A DNA stretch of 50,248 bases from an archaeon (GTDB taxonomy: Archaea; AGJL01; Methanococci; Methanococcales; Methanocaldococcaceae): positions 1 to 50,248 of the forward strand of contig JAJRSC010000004.1 of assembly GCA_024278985.1 (NCBI GenBank). The letters are read 5' to 3'. Positions within the stretch are counted from its first letter, which is position 1; the number at the start of each line of letters is the position of its first letter. Shown here in pieces: positions 10,962 to 20,929 of this stretch. The position numbers and the translations under genes were made by a program. Below the pieces are notes generated by a model, which worked only from the letters and a program-made list of their open reading frames with translations, made no database searches and was not told where the DNA came from.

Positions 10962-11618
10962 ATGGCAACTGCAAGAACTGCAAGAAGTAGAAGGAAAGTA
11001 AGAAAAGTAAGAGATAAATGGAAAGAAAAAGTTTGGTATGAAATTTATTCAACTCCAGAATTTGGAGGTGTTTTCGTAGGATATACTCCTTCAAATGACC
11101 CAAGTTTAGTTTTGGGGAGAGTTGCTGAGATTAGTTTAAAAGACTTAACTGGAGACCCTACTAAACACATGCATAGAATTTACTGGAAAATTTTTGGAAT
11201 AACAGGAAATAAGGCAATTGCTCAATTTTATGGGCATGATACAACAAGAGAGTTTATGAAAGCACAAATAAGAAGGAGAAGAAGTAGAATAGATGCAATT
11301 TTAGATGTTACAACAAAAGATGGTTATAAGATAAGAACTAAAGCTATGGTTTTAACATCTTATAGAGCAAATACTAAACAAAAATCAGATATTAGGAAAA
11401 AAATGGAAGAAATTATAAAAGAAATGGCTAAAGAAAAAACATTCCCATTATATGTTCAGGCAATGCTCTTAGGAGAAATGGCTGAAAAAATAAAAAATGA
11501 GTGTAAAAAGATATTCCCAATAAGAAATGTTATTATATACAAATCTGAAGTTTTATCCTTAGCTAAAAAAGAAGAAACTGAAGGGTACATAAAAGAAGGA
11601 GAAGAAATAGCAAGTTAA
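10962..11618 (+). CDS. rps3ae: 30S ribosomal protein S3Ae (eS1)
   Basis: VRDKWKEKVWY...GRVAEISLKDLTGD. Confidence 0.95.
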   Translation: MATARTARSRRKVRKVRDKWKEKVWYEIYSTPEFGGVFVGYTPSNDPSLVLGRVAEISLKDLTGDPTKHMHRIYWKIFGITGNKAIAQFYGHDTTREFMKAQIRRRRSRIDAILDVTTKDGYKIRTKAMVLTSYRANTKQKSDIRKKMEEIIKEMAKEKTFPLYVQAMLLGEMAEKIKNECKKIFPIRNVIIYKSEVLSLAKKEETEGYIKEGEEIAS

Positions 11619-12319
11619 AATAATTTTTGGCTAAGTAATTTAAATAATATTTTAAATCCTGTTATTACATTAGTTCCTCTACTCATAGAGTAGTCAGTAT
11701 ATATTGTTTTTATTGGAACTTCTTTTATTTTTAAATTTAATTCTTTTGCAAGTATTATAAACTCTGATGAAACTTCATATCTATTACTTTTTAAATTTTC
11801 AACTATTTTTTTGGCAGTATTGTAGGAAAATGCTCTTAATCCACTTTGGCTATCAGTAACAAAATAGCCACCCATTAAATAGGTTATAAAGTTTAATCCA
11901 AAGTTTCCAATTCTTTTAACTAAGGGCATATTTTTTAATTCTTTTTTATCCATCATTCTACTTCCAATAACAAAATCATAACCCTCTTCTAAGATTGGTT
12001 TAACAACCTTTTCAATATCCCCAGGATGATGCTGGCCATCAGCATCAAAAGTTACTATAACTTTTGGATTATATAAGAGAGCACATTTAATACCTGTCCC
12101 TAATGCTCCACCTAATCCTCTATTTATAATATGCCTACAAACTATAACATCCATATCTTTAGCTAAATTGTAAGTTCTATCTTTAGAACCATCATCTACA
12201 ACAATAATATTATTATATCCATAATCTTTAAGATTTTTAATAGTTTTTTGAATCATTTTTTCCTCATTATATGCAGGAATAACAACAAAGATGTCATCTT
12301 TTTCCATTATCTCCACCAA
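11615..12319 (-). CDS. GT2 family glycosyltransferase (dolichol-phosphate mannosyltransferase-like)
   Basis: VIPAYNE, VVDDGSKD, TFDADGQH and DSQSGLRA motifs. Confidence 0.9.
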   Translation of the reverse strand: MVEIMEKDDIFVVIPAYNEEKMIQKTIKNLKDYGYNNIIVVDDGSKDRTYNLAKDMDVIVCRHIINRGLGGALGTGIKCALLYNPKVIVTFDADGQHHPGDIEKVVKPILEEGYDFVIGSRMMDKKELKNMPLVKRIGNFGLNFITYLMGGYFVTDSQSGLRAFSYNTAKKIVENLKSNRYEVSSEFIILAKELNLKIKEVPIKTIYTDYSMSRGTNVITGFKILFKLLSQKLF

Positions 12320-12560
12320 TAACCTTAGAAAATGCTAAAGAACCAATAACCCCACAAACAAAAATAACTAAGGCAATAGAACTTGCAAAAGGTATAGAGA
12401 ACTTTTTAGATATAACTACAATCATTGTTCCAATAACTATGGTTATTAAAGAACTGCCAATTAAAACATTGGCAGTCTCTTTTTTAAAAGCTAATCTTAA
12501 TCCAACTAAAGCAGCAAAGGTTAATGAAAATATTGCAAATAATAATATATATTGATTCAT
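12294..12560 (-). CDS. small three-TM membrane protein, MrpF/MnhF-like (possibly an Ehb/Mrp subunit)
   Basis: Three hydrophobic segments ending IGSLAFSK. Confidence 0.45.
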   Translation of the reverse strand: MNQYILLFAIFSLTFAALVGLRLAFKKETANVLIGSSLITIVIGTMIVVISKKFSIPFASSIALVIFVCGVIGSLAFSKVIGGDNGKR

Positions 12561-12643
12561 AACCAAACCCCTTTTATATGTTCATTGAAAAATATTATAT
12601 AGTAGAAGTATAAATTTATTTTTCTACCTAAAAAGAACAAAAA

Positions 12644-12709
12644 GAACTGGCGACCGTCGGGTGATAAAATGGCAAGAATGCACGCAAGAAAAAGAGGTCG
12701 CTCCGGTTC
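12644..12709 (+). promoter_or_regulatory. candidate rps15 translational-operator structure spanning the RBS and start codon
   Basis: GAACTGGCGACC (12644-12655) is complementary to GGTCGCTCCGGTTC (12696-12709) inside the CDS. Confidence 0.5.
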
Positions 12710-13130
12710 AAAAAAACCATACAGGACAGAACCACCTGAATGGGTAAAATACACACCGGAGCAAGTAGAAGAGTTAGTTGTTGAATTGGCTAAAAAAGGT
12801 TATCAATCAGCACAAATAGGGATAATATTAAGAGATACTTATGGAATTCCAGATGTTAAGCTAATAACTGGCAAAAAGATAAGTAAAATAATGAAAGAAC
12901 ATAATTTATATCCAAAAGTTCCAGAAGATTTATTAAACTTAATGAGAAGAGCTGTTAATTTAAGAAAACACCTTGAACAACATCCAAAAGATTTACATTC
13001 TAAAAGAGGATTACAATTAATAGAATCTAAAATAAAAAGATTAGTTAAATACTATAAAGAAAAAGGAGTATTACCATCAGATTGGAGATATACTCCAGAA
13101 ACAGCAAGGTTATTAGTAGAACAAGTATAA
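12669..13130 (+). CDS. rps15: 30S ribosomal protein S15 (uS15)
   Basis: [14 protein letters not shown]...[18 protein letters not shown]...[16 protein letters not shown]. Confidence 0.97.
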   Translation: MARMHARKRGRSGSKKPYRTEPPEWVKYTPEQVEELVVELAKKGYQSAQIGIILRDTYGIPDVKLITGKKISKIMKEHNLYPKVPEDLLNLMRRAVNLRKHLEQHPKDLHSKRGLQLIESKIKRLVKYYKEKGVLPSDWRYTPETARLLVEQV

Positions 13131-13132
13131 AC

Positions 13133-14008
13133 TTATTCTTTTATTTTTTGTATTAACTCATCTACAGATGGAAGATTTATTTTATATTTCTTGAAATATC
13201 TAACAAGATTCTCAATATCTCTTTTTAAGTAAAAATCAGCTTCAGGATGTTCTTTATAAATTGCTTGAGGCCAGTCAATAATAACAAAATCTTCACCATC
13301 AAATAATATATTAAATTCACTTAAATCTCCATGTATATATCCTATTTTATAGGCCTTTTTAATCTCTTCAAAAATATTCCAAAATAAATTATTAATCTCC
13401 TCCTTACTCATAAATTTAGATAAATCTATTCTCTTTAATTCTTCTCCATTTACCTTACCTAAAATAATAGCATGTCTATTCCAAGCAATTGGTTCTGGTA
13501 TTTTAACCAATGGGAATAATTCATTTAATATTTTATACTCTGTCTCAGCAGATAACCTTGAGACATACAACCAACTTATATGATGTTTATCTGCTAAATA
13601 CTCCCTATATCTTTTACCTCTTGTAAAGCATGTTTTTCCATGCTTATGAAATTTTAAAACTGTTTCTTTATCATTATTTAATAAAACAAGATATACATCT
13701 CCCTCTTTTCCAACTCCTAATTTATTCCCAATTGCCTTTAAAATTCCTTTTTTATAAAGAGCATTAATTGCTAATGCATCATAACCTGCAAAGGAAACGG
13801 CATAGCCGTAAATACTCCTATTTATAAATCCAAATTTATTTAATCTTTTTAATCTATATAAAACATCCTTCTCAGGAAGTTTAGACTTTTTTATTATAAC
13901 TTCTAAAGGAACCCATTCATGCCTTCTCATTTCTAACTCAATAATTTTTAATATTTTTAAATCATCTTCTTTTGCCTCTTTTAATGCATTTAGGAGCCTA
14001 TTTATTAT
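13133..14008 (-). CDS. rio2: RIO2-type Ser/Thr kinase (N-terminus extends beyond the first ATG)
   Basis: GVGKEGDVY, IHGDLSEFNI and IIDWPQ motifs; the frame continues upstream as ...ALKEAKEDDLKILKIIELEMRRHEWVP. Confidence 0.85.
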   Translation of the reverse strand: MINRLLNALKEAKEDDLKILKIIELEMRRHEWVPLEVIIKKSKLPEKDVLYRLKRLNKFGFINRSIYGYAVSFAGYDALAINALYKKGILKAIGNKLGVGKEGDVYLVLLNNDKETVLKFHKHGKTCFTRGKRYREYLADKHHISWLYVSRLSAETEYKILNELFPLVKIPEPIAWNRHAIILGKVNGEELKRIDLSKFMSKEEINNLFWNIFEEIKKAYKIGYIHGDLSEFNILFDGEDFVIIDWPQAIYKEHPEADFYLKRDIENLVRYFKKYKINLPSVDELIQKIKE

Positions 14009-14094
14009 TTTCTCACCATTGTTTTATTAATTTAAATTAATTGATATTAATTAATAAAAAAATAAATAAAATAAATAATTTAAAGTTAAACAAA

Positions 14095-14170
14095 TGGCAG
14101 CCCGGCGCGGATTCGAACCGCGGTCCCGGGGTCCAAAGCCCCGGATGATAGGCCACTACACCACCGGGCT
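14095..14170 (-). tRNA. tRNA-Gln (anticodon TTG), CCA encoded
   Basis: Reverse complement AGCCCGGTGGTGTAGTGGCC...CCGGGG-CTTTGGA-CCCCGG...GGTTCGAATCC...CCGGGCTGCCA. Confidence 0.95.
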
Positions 14171-14204
14171 ACTCAAAACAAGCGATAATATTTAATAACA
14201 AAAC

Positions 14205-14218
14205 TTATATATAAATTT
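14205..14218 (-). promoter_or_regulatory. TATA box upstream of tRNA-Gln
   Basis: AAATTTATATATAA on the minus strand, about 35-45 nt upstream of the tRNA. Confidence 0.5.
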
Positions 14219-14306
14219 TTTGGTTTATGTCAGTTAAATATTTGGGTTAGAATCATATAATTAATAAAAATTTATAAACTAAAGAACTATAAAAGAGGTT
14301 AAAATT

Positions 14307-15284
14307 ATGCTAAAGCCAATAATTTGGGATGATGAAAAAGGAGAGTTAATACTAATAGACCAGAGGAAATTACCACATAATTTAGAATACTTTATCTGTA
14401 AAACTTATGAAGATGTTGCCTATGCTATTAAAGATATGGTTGTAAGAGGAGCTCCTGCTATTGGAATATCTGCTGCTTATGGGTTAGCTTTGGCTGAAAT
14501 AAAGGGAGAGAACATATATAGGGCATACAATACATTAAAAAATACTCGTCCAACAGCAGTAAATTTATTTTGGGCTTTAGATAGATGCCTAAAAGCTTAT
14601 GAAAAAGGAAAAAAAATTTTAGATGAAGCTAAAAAAATCCATAATGAAGATATTGAAATCTGTAAAAATATTGGAATAATTGGAGAAAAATTAATCAATG
14701 ATGGGGATACTGTTTTAACACATTGTAATGCTGGAGCTCTAGCAACTTCTGCATATGGGACAGCATTAAGTGTTATAAGGTTTGCCCACTACAATGGAAA
14801 AGATATATTGGTTATAATAGATGAAACAAGGCCAAGATTACAAGGAGCAAAATTAACAGCATTTGAATTAGAATATGAAAAAATACCCTACAGAATAATA
14901 ACAGATAACTCAGCTGGTTTTTTAATGCAAAAAGGAGAGATAGATAAGATAATAGTAGGTGCTGATAGAATTCTAAGAGATGGAACTGTATATAATAAAA
15001 TAGGGACATATAGTTTAGCAGTATTAGCAAACTATCATAATATTCCCTTTTATGTTGCAGCACCAATATCAACATTAGATTTTTACAGTGATGAAAAAGA
15101 TATAAAAATAGAGGAAAGAAGTGAAAAGGAAGTACTATATATTGATAATGTAAGAATTGCTCCAAAAAATGCAAAGGCATATAACTATGCATTTGATAAA
15201 ACTCCTCCAGAACTAATAACTGGAATAATAACTGAAAAGGGGATATTTAAACCTAATGAAATTAGTAAAATAGTTAACATTTAA
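14307..15284 (+). CDS. mtnA: methylthioribose-1-phosphate isomerase (eIF2B-like family)
   Basis: VRGAPAIG, TRPTAVNL, LTHCNAGALAT, ETRP and NKIGTY motifs. Confidence 0.9.
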   Translation: MLKPIIWDDEKGELILIDQRKLPHNLEYFICKTYEDVAYAIKDMVVRGAPAIGISAAYGLALAEIKGENIYRAYNTLKNTRPTAVNLFWALDRCLKAYEKGKKILDEAKKIHNEDIEICKNIGIIGEKLINDGDTVLTHCNAGALATSAYGTALSVIRFAHYNGKDILVIIDETRPRLQGAKLTAFELEYEKIPYRIITDNSAGFLMQKGEIDKIIVGADRILRDGTVYNKIGTYSLAVLANYHNIPFYVAAPISTLDFYSDEKDIKIEERSEKEVLYIDNVRIAPKNAKAYNYAFDKTPPELITGIITEKGIFKPNEISKIVNI

Positions 15285-15374
15285 ATATTAATAGACTTTT
15301 AAAGCAAAAATTTAATATAATCTCTTCTTTATGTAATAATTAAATACTTACCCAAATAATGAGGCTGTAAAATT

Positions 15375-15810
15375 ATGAAGTATTCCATTTCAGAATTAAG
15401 CAAAACTAATAGAAAACGTTTAGGAAATGAAATAAATATAGTTTTGTTTAGAATTATAAGATTTGCTGATTTAGAAAGATTTTTAGGAAAAGGAGCAGAA
15501 TCTGTTTTTTATTATGCAGGGAAAGACTTTGGTAGAACATTGGAGATTTACGATATTGAAGAATTATTTAATTTTATTGAAAAAAAATAAAATTGGAATT
15601 CCTGAGATTGTTAAAAAAGACCCATTAACTATAAGAATTTATGAATGTATCTCATGTTCTGGAGTTCCTAAAATTAATAAACCTTTATGTCATTTTGAAG
15701 GTGGATTTATAGCAGGGGTTTTAGAAAAGATATATAACAAACCAATAAATCTAAAAGAGACTCATTGTGCAGGATTAGGAGACAATTTTTGTCAGTTTAG
15801 AGTTAGATAA
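15375..15810 (+). pseudogene. V4R (4-vinyl reductase) domain protein, frameshifted at an A8 run
   Basis: YYAGKDFG...FIEKK* continues in another frame as KIGI...YECISC...PLCHFEGGFIAG...ETHC...GDNFCQF; deleting one A at 15580-15587 gives 144 aa. Confidence 0.8.
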
Positions 15811-15943
15811 AAATTATTTTTTTATTTATTTTTTAAATTATAATAGTTAATTTTATTTATATATGATTTTTAGATTATTATTTTAATCTAACATTTATAA
15901 ATAATAAAATCTATTAAAAATATTAAGTATAACTAATTTCTGG

Positions 15944-16420
15944 GTGAATGTTTTGGGTGATGATAGTATATTAAAGATTGTTGTTTTTAGATTGGGAGAA
16001 AATGAATATGGGTTAAAAGTTGATGAAGTTAGAGAAGTGCTAAAACTTAAGAAATCAGATATAACCCCTCTTCCAAATGCCCCAAGTTATGTAGTTGGAG
16101 TAACAAATATTAGAGGTGAAATTACTCCAATAATAGATTTAAAAGGAAAACTTGGGATATATTCATCATATGAAAATGAAAACGAAAAGGATGAAAAATT
16201 AGTTATGGTTATAGAAATAAATAATCAAACTTTAGGGATTTTGGTAGATGGAGTTAATGATGTTATGCAAATAACAAAAGACCAAATAACCCCTGTTACA
16301 ACAATAAAGAGAGCAACTGGTAGTGAATATATAGAGGGAATCATTAAATTAGATAAAAGATTAATTATATTATTAAATATATCCCAACTACTTGATTTAG
16401 AATTAGGATACGAGGGATAA
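15944..16420 (+). CDS. cheW: chemotaxis protein CheW
   Basis: VVFRLGENEYG...VREV...GVTNIRGEITPIIDL. Confidence 0.95.
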   Translation: MNVLGDDSILKIVVFRLGENEYGLKVDEVREVLKLKKSDITPLPNAPSYVVGVTNIRGEITPIIDLKGKLGIYSSYENENEKDEKLVMVIEINNQTLGILVDGVNDVMQITKDQITPVTTIKRATGSEYIEGIIKLDKRLIILLNISQLLDLELGYEG

Positions 16421-16421
16421 A

Positions 16422-17543
16422 ATGAGTAACAAGAAAATAAGAGTATTAATAGTAGATGATTCTGCATTTATGAGAAAAGTACTGTCTGATATTTTAAACT
16501 CAGACCCTGAGATTGAAGTAGTAGGAACAGCTAGGGATGGTTTAGAGGCTATAGAGCTAGTTCAAAAATTAGAACCAGATGTTATTACAATGGATGTTGA
16601 AATGCCAAGAATGAATGGTTTAGAGGCAGTTAAAAAAATAATGGAAATAAGACCTACTCCAATAGTAATGGTATCTGCTTTAACTAAAGAAGGTTCAGAG
16701 ATAACATTTAAAGCTTTAGAATATGGAGCTGTTGATTTTATTCCAAAACCTTCAGGAAGTATTTCATTAGATATTAGAAAGATAGGAGAAGAGATTATAA
16801 GAAAAGTTAAAGCTGCAGCAAAAGCTAAGGTTTTAAGAAGAAGACCAATTATTAGAAGAGAGACACAACCAACAGTAACTCAACAAAAACCAGAAGTTGA
16901 AAAAAAAGCTCCAACAACATTGCCAGCTGTTAGTGATTTACCATATCCTGAAAGTAAATTAAAAGAGATGTGTGTCATTATAGGTTCATCAACTGGAGGG
17001 CCACCAGTAGTAACTGAAATTATATCTAAGCTTCCTAAAAGAATGCCTCCTATATTTGTTGTTCAACATATGCCTTCAGGATTTACAAGGTTATTTGCTG
17101 AAAGGATTAATCAGGTGTCTGTTTTAAATGTTAAAGAAGCTGAACATGGAGAAAGAGTTCAACCTGGATATGTTTATATTGCTCCAGGAGATTACCATAT
17201 GTTACTAAGAAAAAGAGGGGATAGTGTATATATTGTGTTAGATAATCAAATGCCAAAAGTTAATGGAACAAGGCCAGCAGTAGATGTTACTGCTGATGCT
17301 GTTGCAAATGTTTATGGTGGTAAAGCTGTTGGAGTTATCTTAACTGGAATAGGTAGAGATGGAGCATATGGCTTTAAGAAAATTAAAGAGAAAGGAGGAA
17401 AAATTATAGCTCAAAATAAAGAAACTTGTGTTGTCTTTGGTATGCCTAAGGCTGTTATTGAATTAGGAATAGCTGATGCTGTCTTACCCCCATCTGAAAT
17501 ACCAAAGGCAATTGTGAAATTCTGTAAAGAGATATTAGGGTAA
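16422..17543 (+). CDS. cheB: chemotaxis methylesterase CheB
   Basis: Receiver domain (IVDDS, MDVEMP) plus esterase motifs GSSTGGP, VQHMP and ILTGIGRDGA. Confidence 0.97.
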   Translation: MSNKKIRVLIVDDSAFMRKVLSDILNSDPEIEVVGTARDGLEAIELVQKLEPDVITMDVEMPRMNGLEAVKKIMEIRPTPIVMVSALTKEGSEITFKALEYGAVDFIPKPSGSISLDIRKIGEEIIRKVKAAAKAKVLRRRPIIRRETQPTVTQQKPEVEKKAPTTLPAVSDLPYPESKLKEMCVIIGSSTGGPPVVTEIISKLPKRMPPIFVVQHMPSGFTRLFAERINQVSVLNVKEAEHGERVQPGYVYIAPGDYHMLLRKRGDSVYIVLDNQMPKVNGTRPAVDVTADAVANVYGGKAVGVILTGIGRDGAYGFKKIKEKGGKIIAQNKETCVVFGMPKAVIELGIADAVLPPSEIPKAIVKFCKEILG

Positions 17544-17571
17544 AGGTTTAGAGTGTTAGGGGGGTTATTGT

Positions 17572-20412
17572 ATGGCAGACATTATGGAGGAATATTTAGA
17601 TGTATTTATTGAAGAGGCAGAAGAACATATTCAAACAATTAATGAGTGTTTATTGGAACTTGAAAAAAATCCTGATAACCTTGATTTAATAAATCAAATT
17701 TTTAGGTCAGCACATACTATAAAGGGAGGAGCCAGAACTGTCGGATTAACACATGTTTCAGAATTAACTCACCATATGGAGGATATACTTGACTATATTA
17801 GAAATGGTAAGATTCCAGTAACTTCTGAAATTATTGATTTACTTTTTAAATGTTTAGATGCCTTAGAAACAATGTTAGAAGAGGTTAAATCTGGAAACTA
17901 TGAGACAGAAGTAGATGTAAATTCATTAATAGAAGAAATTAAAAGATTAAAAAATAAATATTTAGAGGGTAAAGAAGAACCTTCACCTAAAAAAGAAGAA
18001 AAAAAGGAAGAAAAGAAAGAAGTAAAGAAAGAAGAAGAAAAAAAAGAGGAGTCTAAGGCAAAAATTAAAAAAATAGTTATCAAGTATAAACAACCAAAAA
18101 CTACAGTAAAGGTAAAAAAAATAATAAAGGAAGTTGTAGAAGTTCCTAAGGTAGAGGTAGAAGAAGATTTTGAAGAAAGTATTAAAAGTATAAAAAACTC
18201 TCTTGAAATTTTCCAAAAGATTGCTGATATATTAGGAGATGAAAAATTTAAAACTTTTTTAGATGAGATTAAATTATTAATTGAGAAAATAGAAAAAGAG
18301 GAAGTAATAGTTACTAAGTCTGTATATGATACTCTTGAGGAAATAATTGAAACTTTGGAGAAGATTGCTAAGATATTAGAAGAAAATAAAAAACCATCAG
18401 AAGAAATTAATTTAGATGAAATTATTGAAAAAATTAAAAAAGCTCAAGAAGAGGAAGAAACTGAAACTAAAGAAATAACTAAAGAAGAAGAAATAGAAGT
18501 TGAATTAAATCATGAACAATTTGATTTAAGTGAATTTGCACAGTTAATTAAAGAAAAAATAGAAAGTGGGTATAAACTTTATCATTTAAAAGCTAAAGTT
18601 GAAGAATCTTGTGAATTAAAAGCTGCAAGATTGGCAGTAGTATTTGCAAGGGTTAGAAATATTGGAGAAATTTTGTTATCTAAACCAACTGAAGGAGAAC
18701 TAAAAGAAAAGCCAACTGACGAAATAGAGATTATATTCTTATCTAATAAGGACCTTGAAGAAATTAAAAAAACTTTAGAAGGATTACCAGAAATAGAATA
18801 TGTTGCAATTGCTCCAGTTGAGATAGAAATTGAAGAAATAGAAGAGGAAATTGAAGAAGAAGTTATAGAAGAGGAAGAAACAGTTCCTGATGCTTATAAG
18901 GTTGTAGTTTATTTAGATGATGAATGTTAATTAAGGGCAGTTAGGGCATATATGGTAATTAAAGAACTTCAAAATCTTGGAGAAGTAGTTAAAACAATTC
19001 CTCCAATAGAAAAAATTCAAAATGGAGAATTTAATGGCCTTAGATTTGTAGTATATATTAAGTTAAATGAGGAATATAATGAAGATGACATTAAAGAAAC
19101 AGTTTTAAATATTCCTGAAATAAAAAATGTTGAAGTAGTACCTCCAGGAGAAGAAGAGAAAAAAGAAGAAAAAAAAGAAGAAGTTAAAGAAGAGAAAAAA
19201 GAAACTAAATCAACAACAACTCAAAAACCTAAACTTCCAAAAAAAGAAGAAAAAAAACCAACCACAAAAACAATTAGAATAAACATTGAAAAACTTGACA
19301 AATTAATGAATCTTGTGGGAGAACTAGTTATTACAAGGGCTAATTTTGCACAAATTGCTAATAAATATCAAATTAAAGAACTTCAAAATGCCGTTGGAAG
19401 ATTAAGCATGTTAATTAATGAACTTCAAGAAGAAGTTATGGCCATGAGAATGGTCCCAGTTTCTTATGTTTTTAACAGATTCCCAAGAATGGTTAGGGAT
19501 TTGGCAAAGGCATTAGGTAAGGAAGTAGAATTTATAATGGAAGGTACTGATATTGAATTAGATAGAACAGTACTCGATGAATTGGCAGAACCTTTAGTTC
19601 ATCTTATTAGAAATGCTTTAGACCATGGTATTGAACCACCTGAAGAGAGAGAAAAAGTTGGTAAGCCAAGAAAAGGACTGTTAAGATTAGCTGCTAAAAG
19701 AGAAAGAGATTATGTTTTAATTATTGTTGAGGATGATGGTAGAGGAATTGACCCAGAAAAAATTAAGAAAAAAGCTATAGAGAGAGGACTTATTACTCCT
19801 GAAGAAGCTGAAAAGATGAGTGACCATGAAATTATAAATCTTATATTTATGCCTGGATTTTCTACAGCTGATAAAGTTTCTGATGTTTCTGGTAGAGGAG
19901 TAGGAATGGATGTTGTAAAAACTAAGATTGAATCTTTAGGTGGAAGTGTAGTAGTTTATTCTGAAAAGGGTAAAGGTACAAAAGTAGTCTTAAAACTACC
20001 ATTAACAATGGCAATTATTACAGCTTTATTAATGAAATTGGCAGACCAAGTCTATGCAATTCCTATTACAAGTGTTTTAGATGTAACTTTAAGAAAAAAA
20101 TCAGATATTAAAAATGTTGAAGGAACTAACACAATTATATATAGAGATGAGATAATTCCAGTAATATGGTTAAAAGATTTCTTAGGTATTAGTCACTTAC
20201 AAACTAAAAGTGATATTGAAGATGAATTAACAATTGTTATTATTGAAAAGAGTGAAGGTAAAATGGGTTTAGTAGTAGATGATGTTATAGGTAGAGAGGA
20301 TATAGTTGTTAAATCCCTTACTGGAATGCTCAAAAATATTCCTGGATTGGCAGGGGCTACAATTCTTGGAGATGGTAGAGTTGCCCTTATTTTAGATTTA
20401 AGTAATGCATAA
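17572..20412 (+). CDS. cheA: chemotaxis histidine kinase CheA (about 946 aa), interrupted by an in-frame TAA at 18928-18930
   Basis: HPt FRSAHTIKG, two P2-like domains, HLIRNALDHGIE, DDGRGID, GFSTADKVSDVSGRGVGMDVV and a CheW-like C-terminus; both ORFs share one frame. Confidence 0.9.
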
Positions 20413-20454
20413 ACTAAACTTAAATATTTATATTATTTTTTGTGTGGGGTTTTT

Positions 20455-20916
20455 ATGGTTATTAAAGTTAGAATAGGGGGCTTGGAAGTGGCTAAAAGTC
20501 CAGAAGTTTTAGAGACACTTTTAGGTTCATGTGTAGCGATTATGTTATATGATCCAGGAAAAAAAATAGGTGGTATGGCCCATTCAGTACTTCCCGAAAC
20601 AAGAGAGAGTAATCCAAAAGACCCTGGAAAATATGTAAATACAGCAATTCCTGCATTAATTACAAAATTAACAGTTTTAGGAGCAAGACCAAATAAATTA
20701 ATTGCTAAACTTGCTGGAGGAGCTCAGATGTTTAAGACTCCAAGTAATATGAATATTGGACAAAAAAATGTAGATACTGCCAAAAAATTATTACAAAAAT
20801 ATAAAATTCCATTAAAAGGGGAAGATACTGGAGGGAACAAAAGTAGATATGTAAGATTCTTTTTAAAAGATGGAAAAGTAGAAGTAAGAAAAGGTGGTAA
20901 AATAATTACAATATAA
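20455..20916 (+). CDS. cheD: chemoreceptor glutamine deamidase CheD
   Basis: LGSCVA, GGMAHSVLP, AKLAGGAQMF and EDTGG motifs. Confidence 0.95.
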   Translation: MVIKVRIGGLEVAKSPEVLETLLGSCVAIMLYDPGKKIGGMAHSVLPETRESNPKDPGKYVNTAIPALITKLTVLGARPNKLIAKLAGGAQMFKTPSNMNIGQKNVDTAKKLLQKYKIPLKGEDTGGNKSRYVRFFLKDGKVEVRKGGKIITI

Positions 20917-20929
20917 AGAGTGAAATAAT

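Noticed and set aside
10968-10985. 9-bp tandem ACTGCAAGA at the start of rps3ae
   Set aside because: In-frame duplication in a variable N-terminal tail; no consequence evident.
17989-19203. GAA/AAA-rich repeats in cheA
   Set aside because: They encode KEEKKEE linkers: low-complexity coding sequence, not a repeat array.
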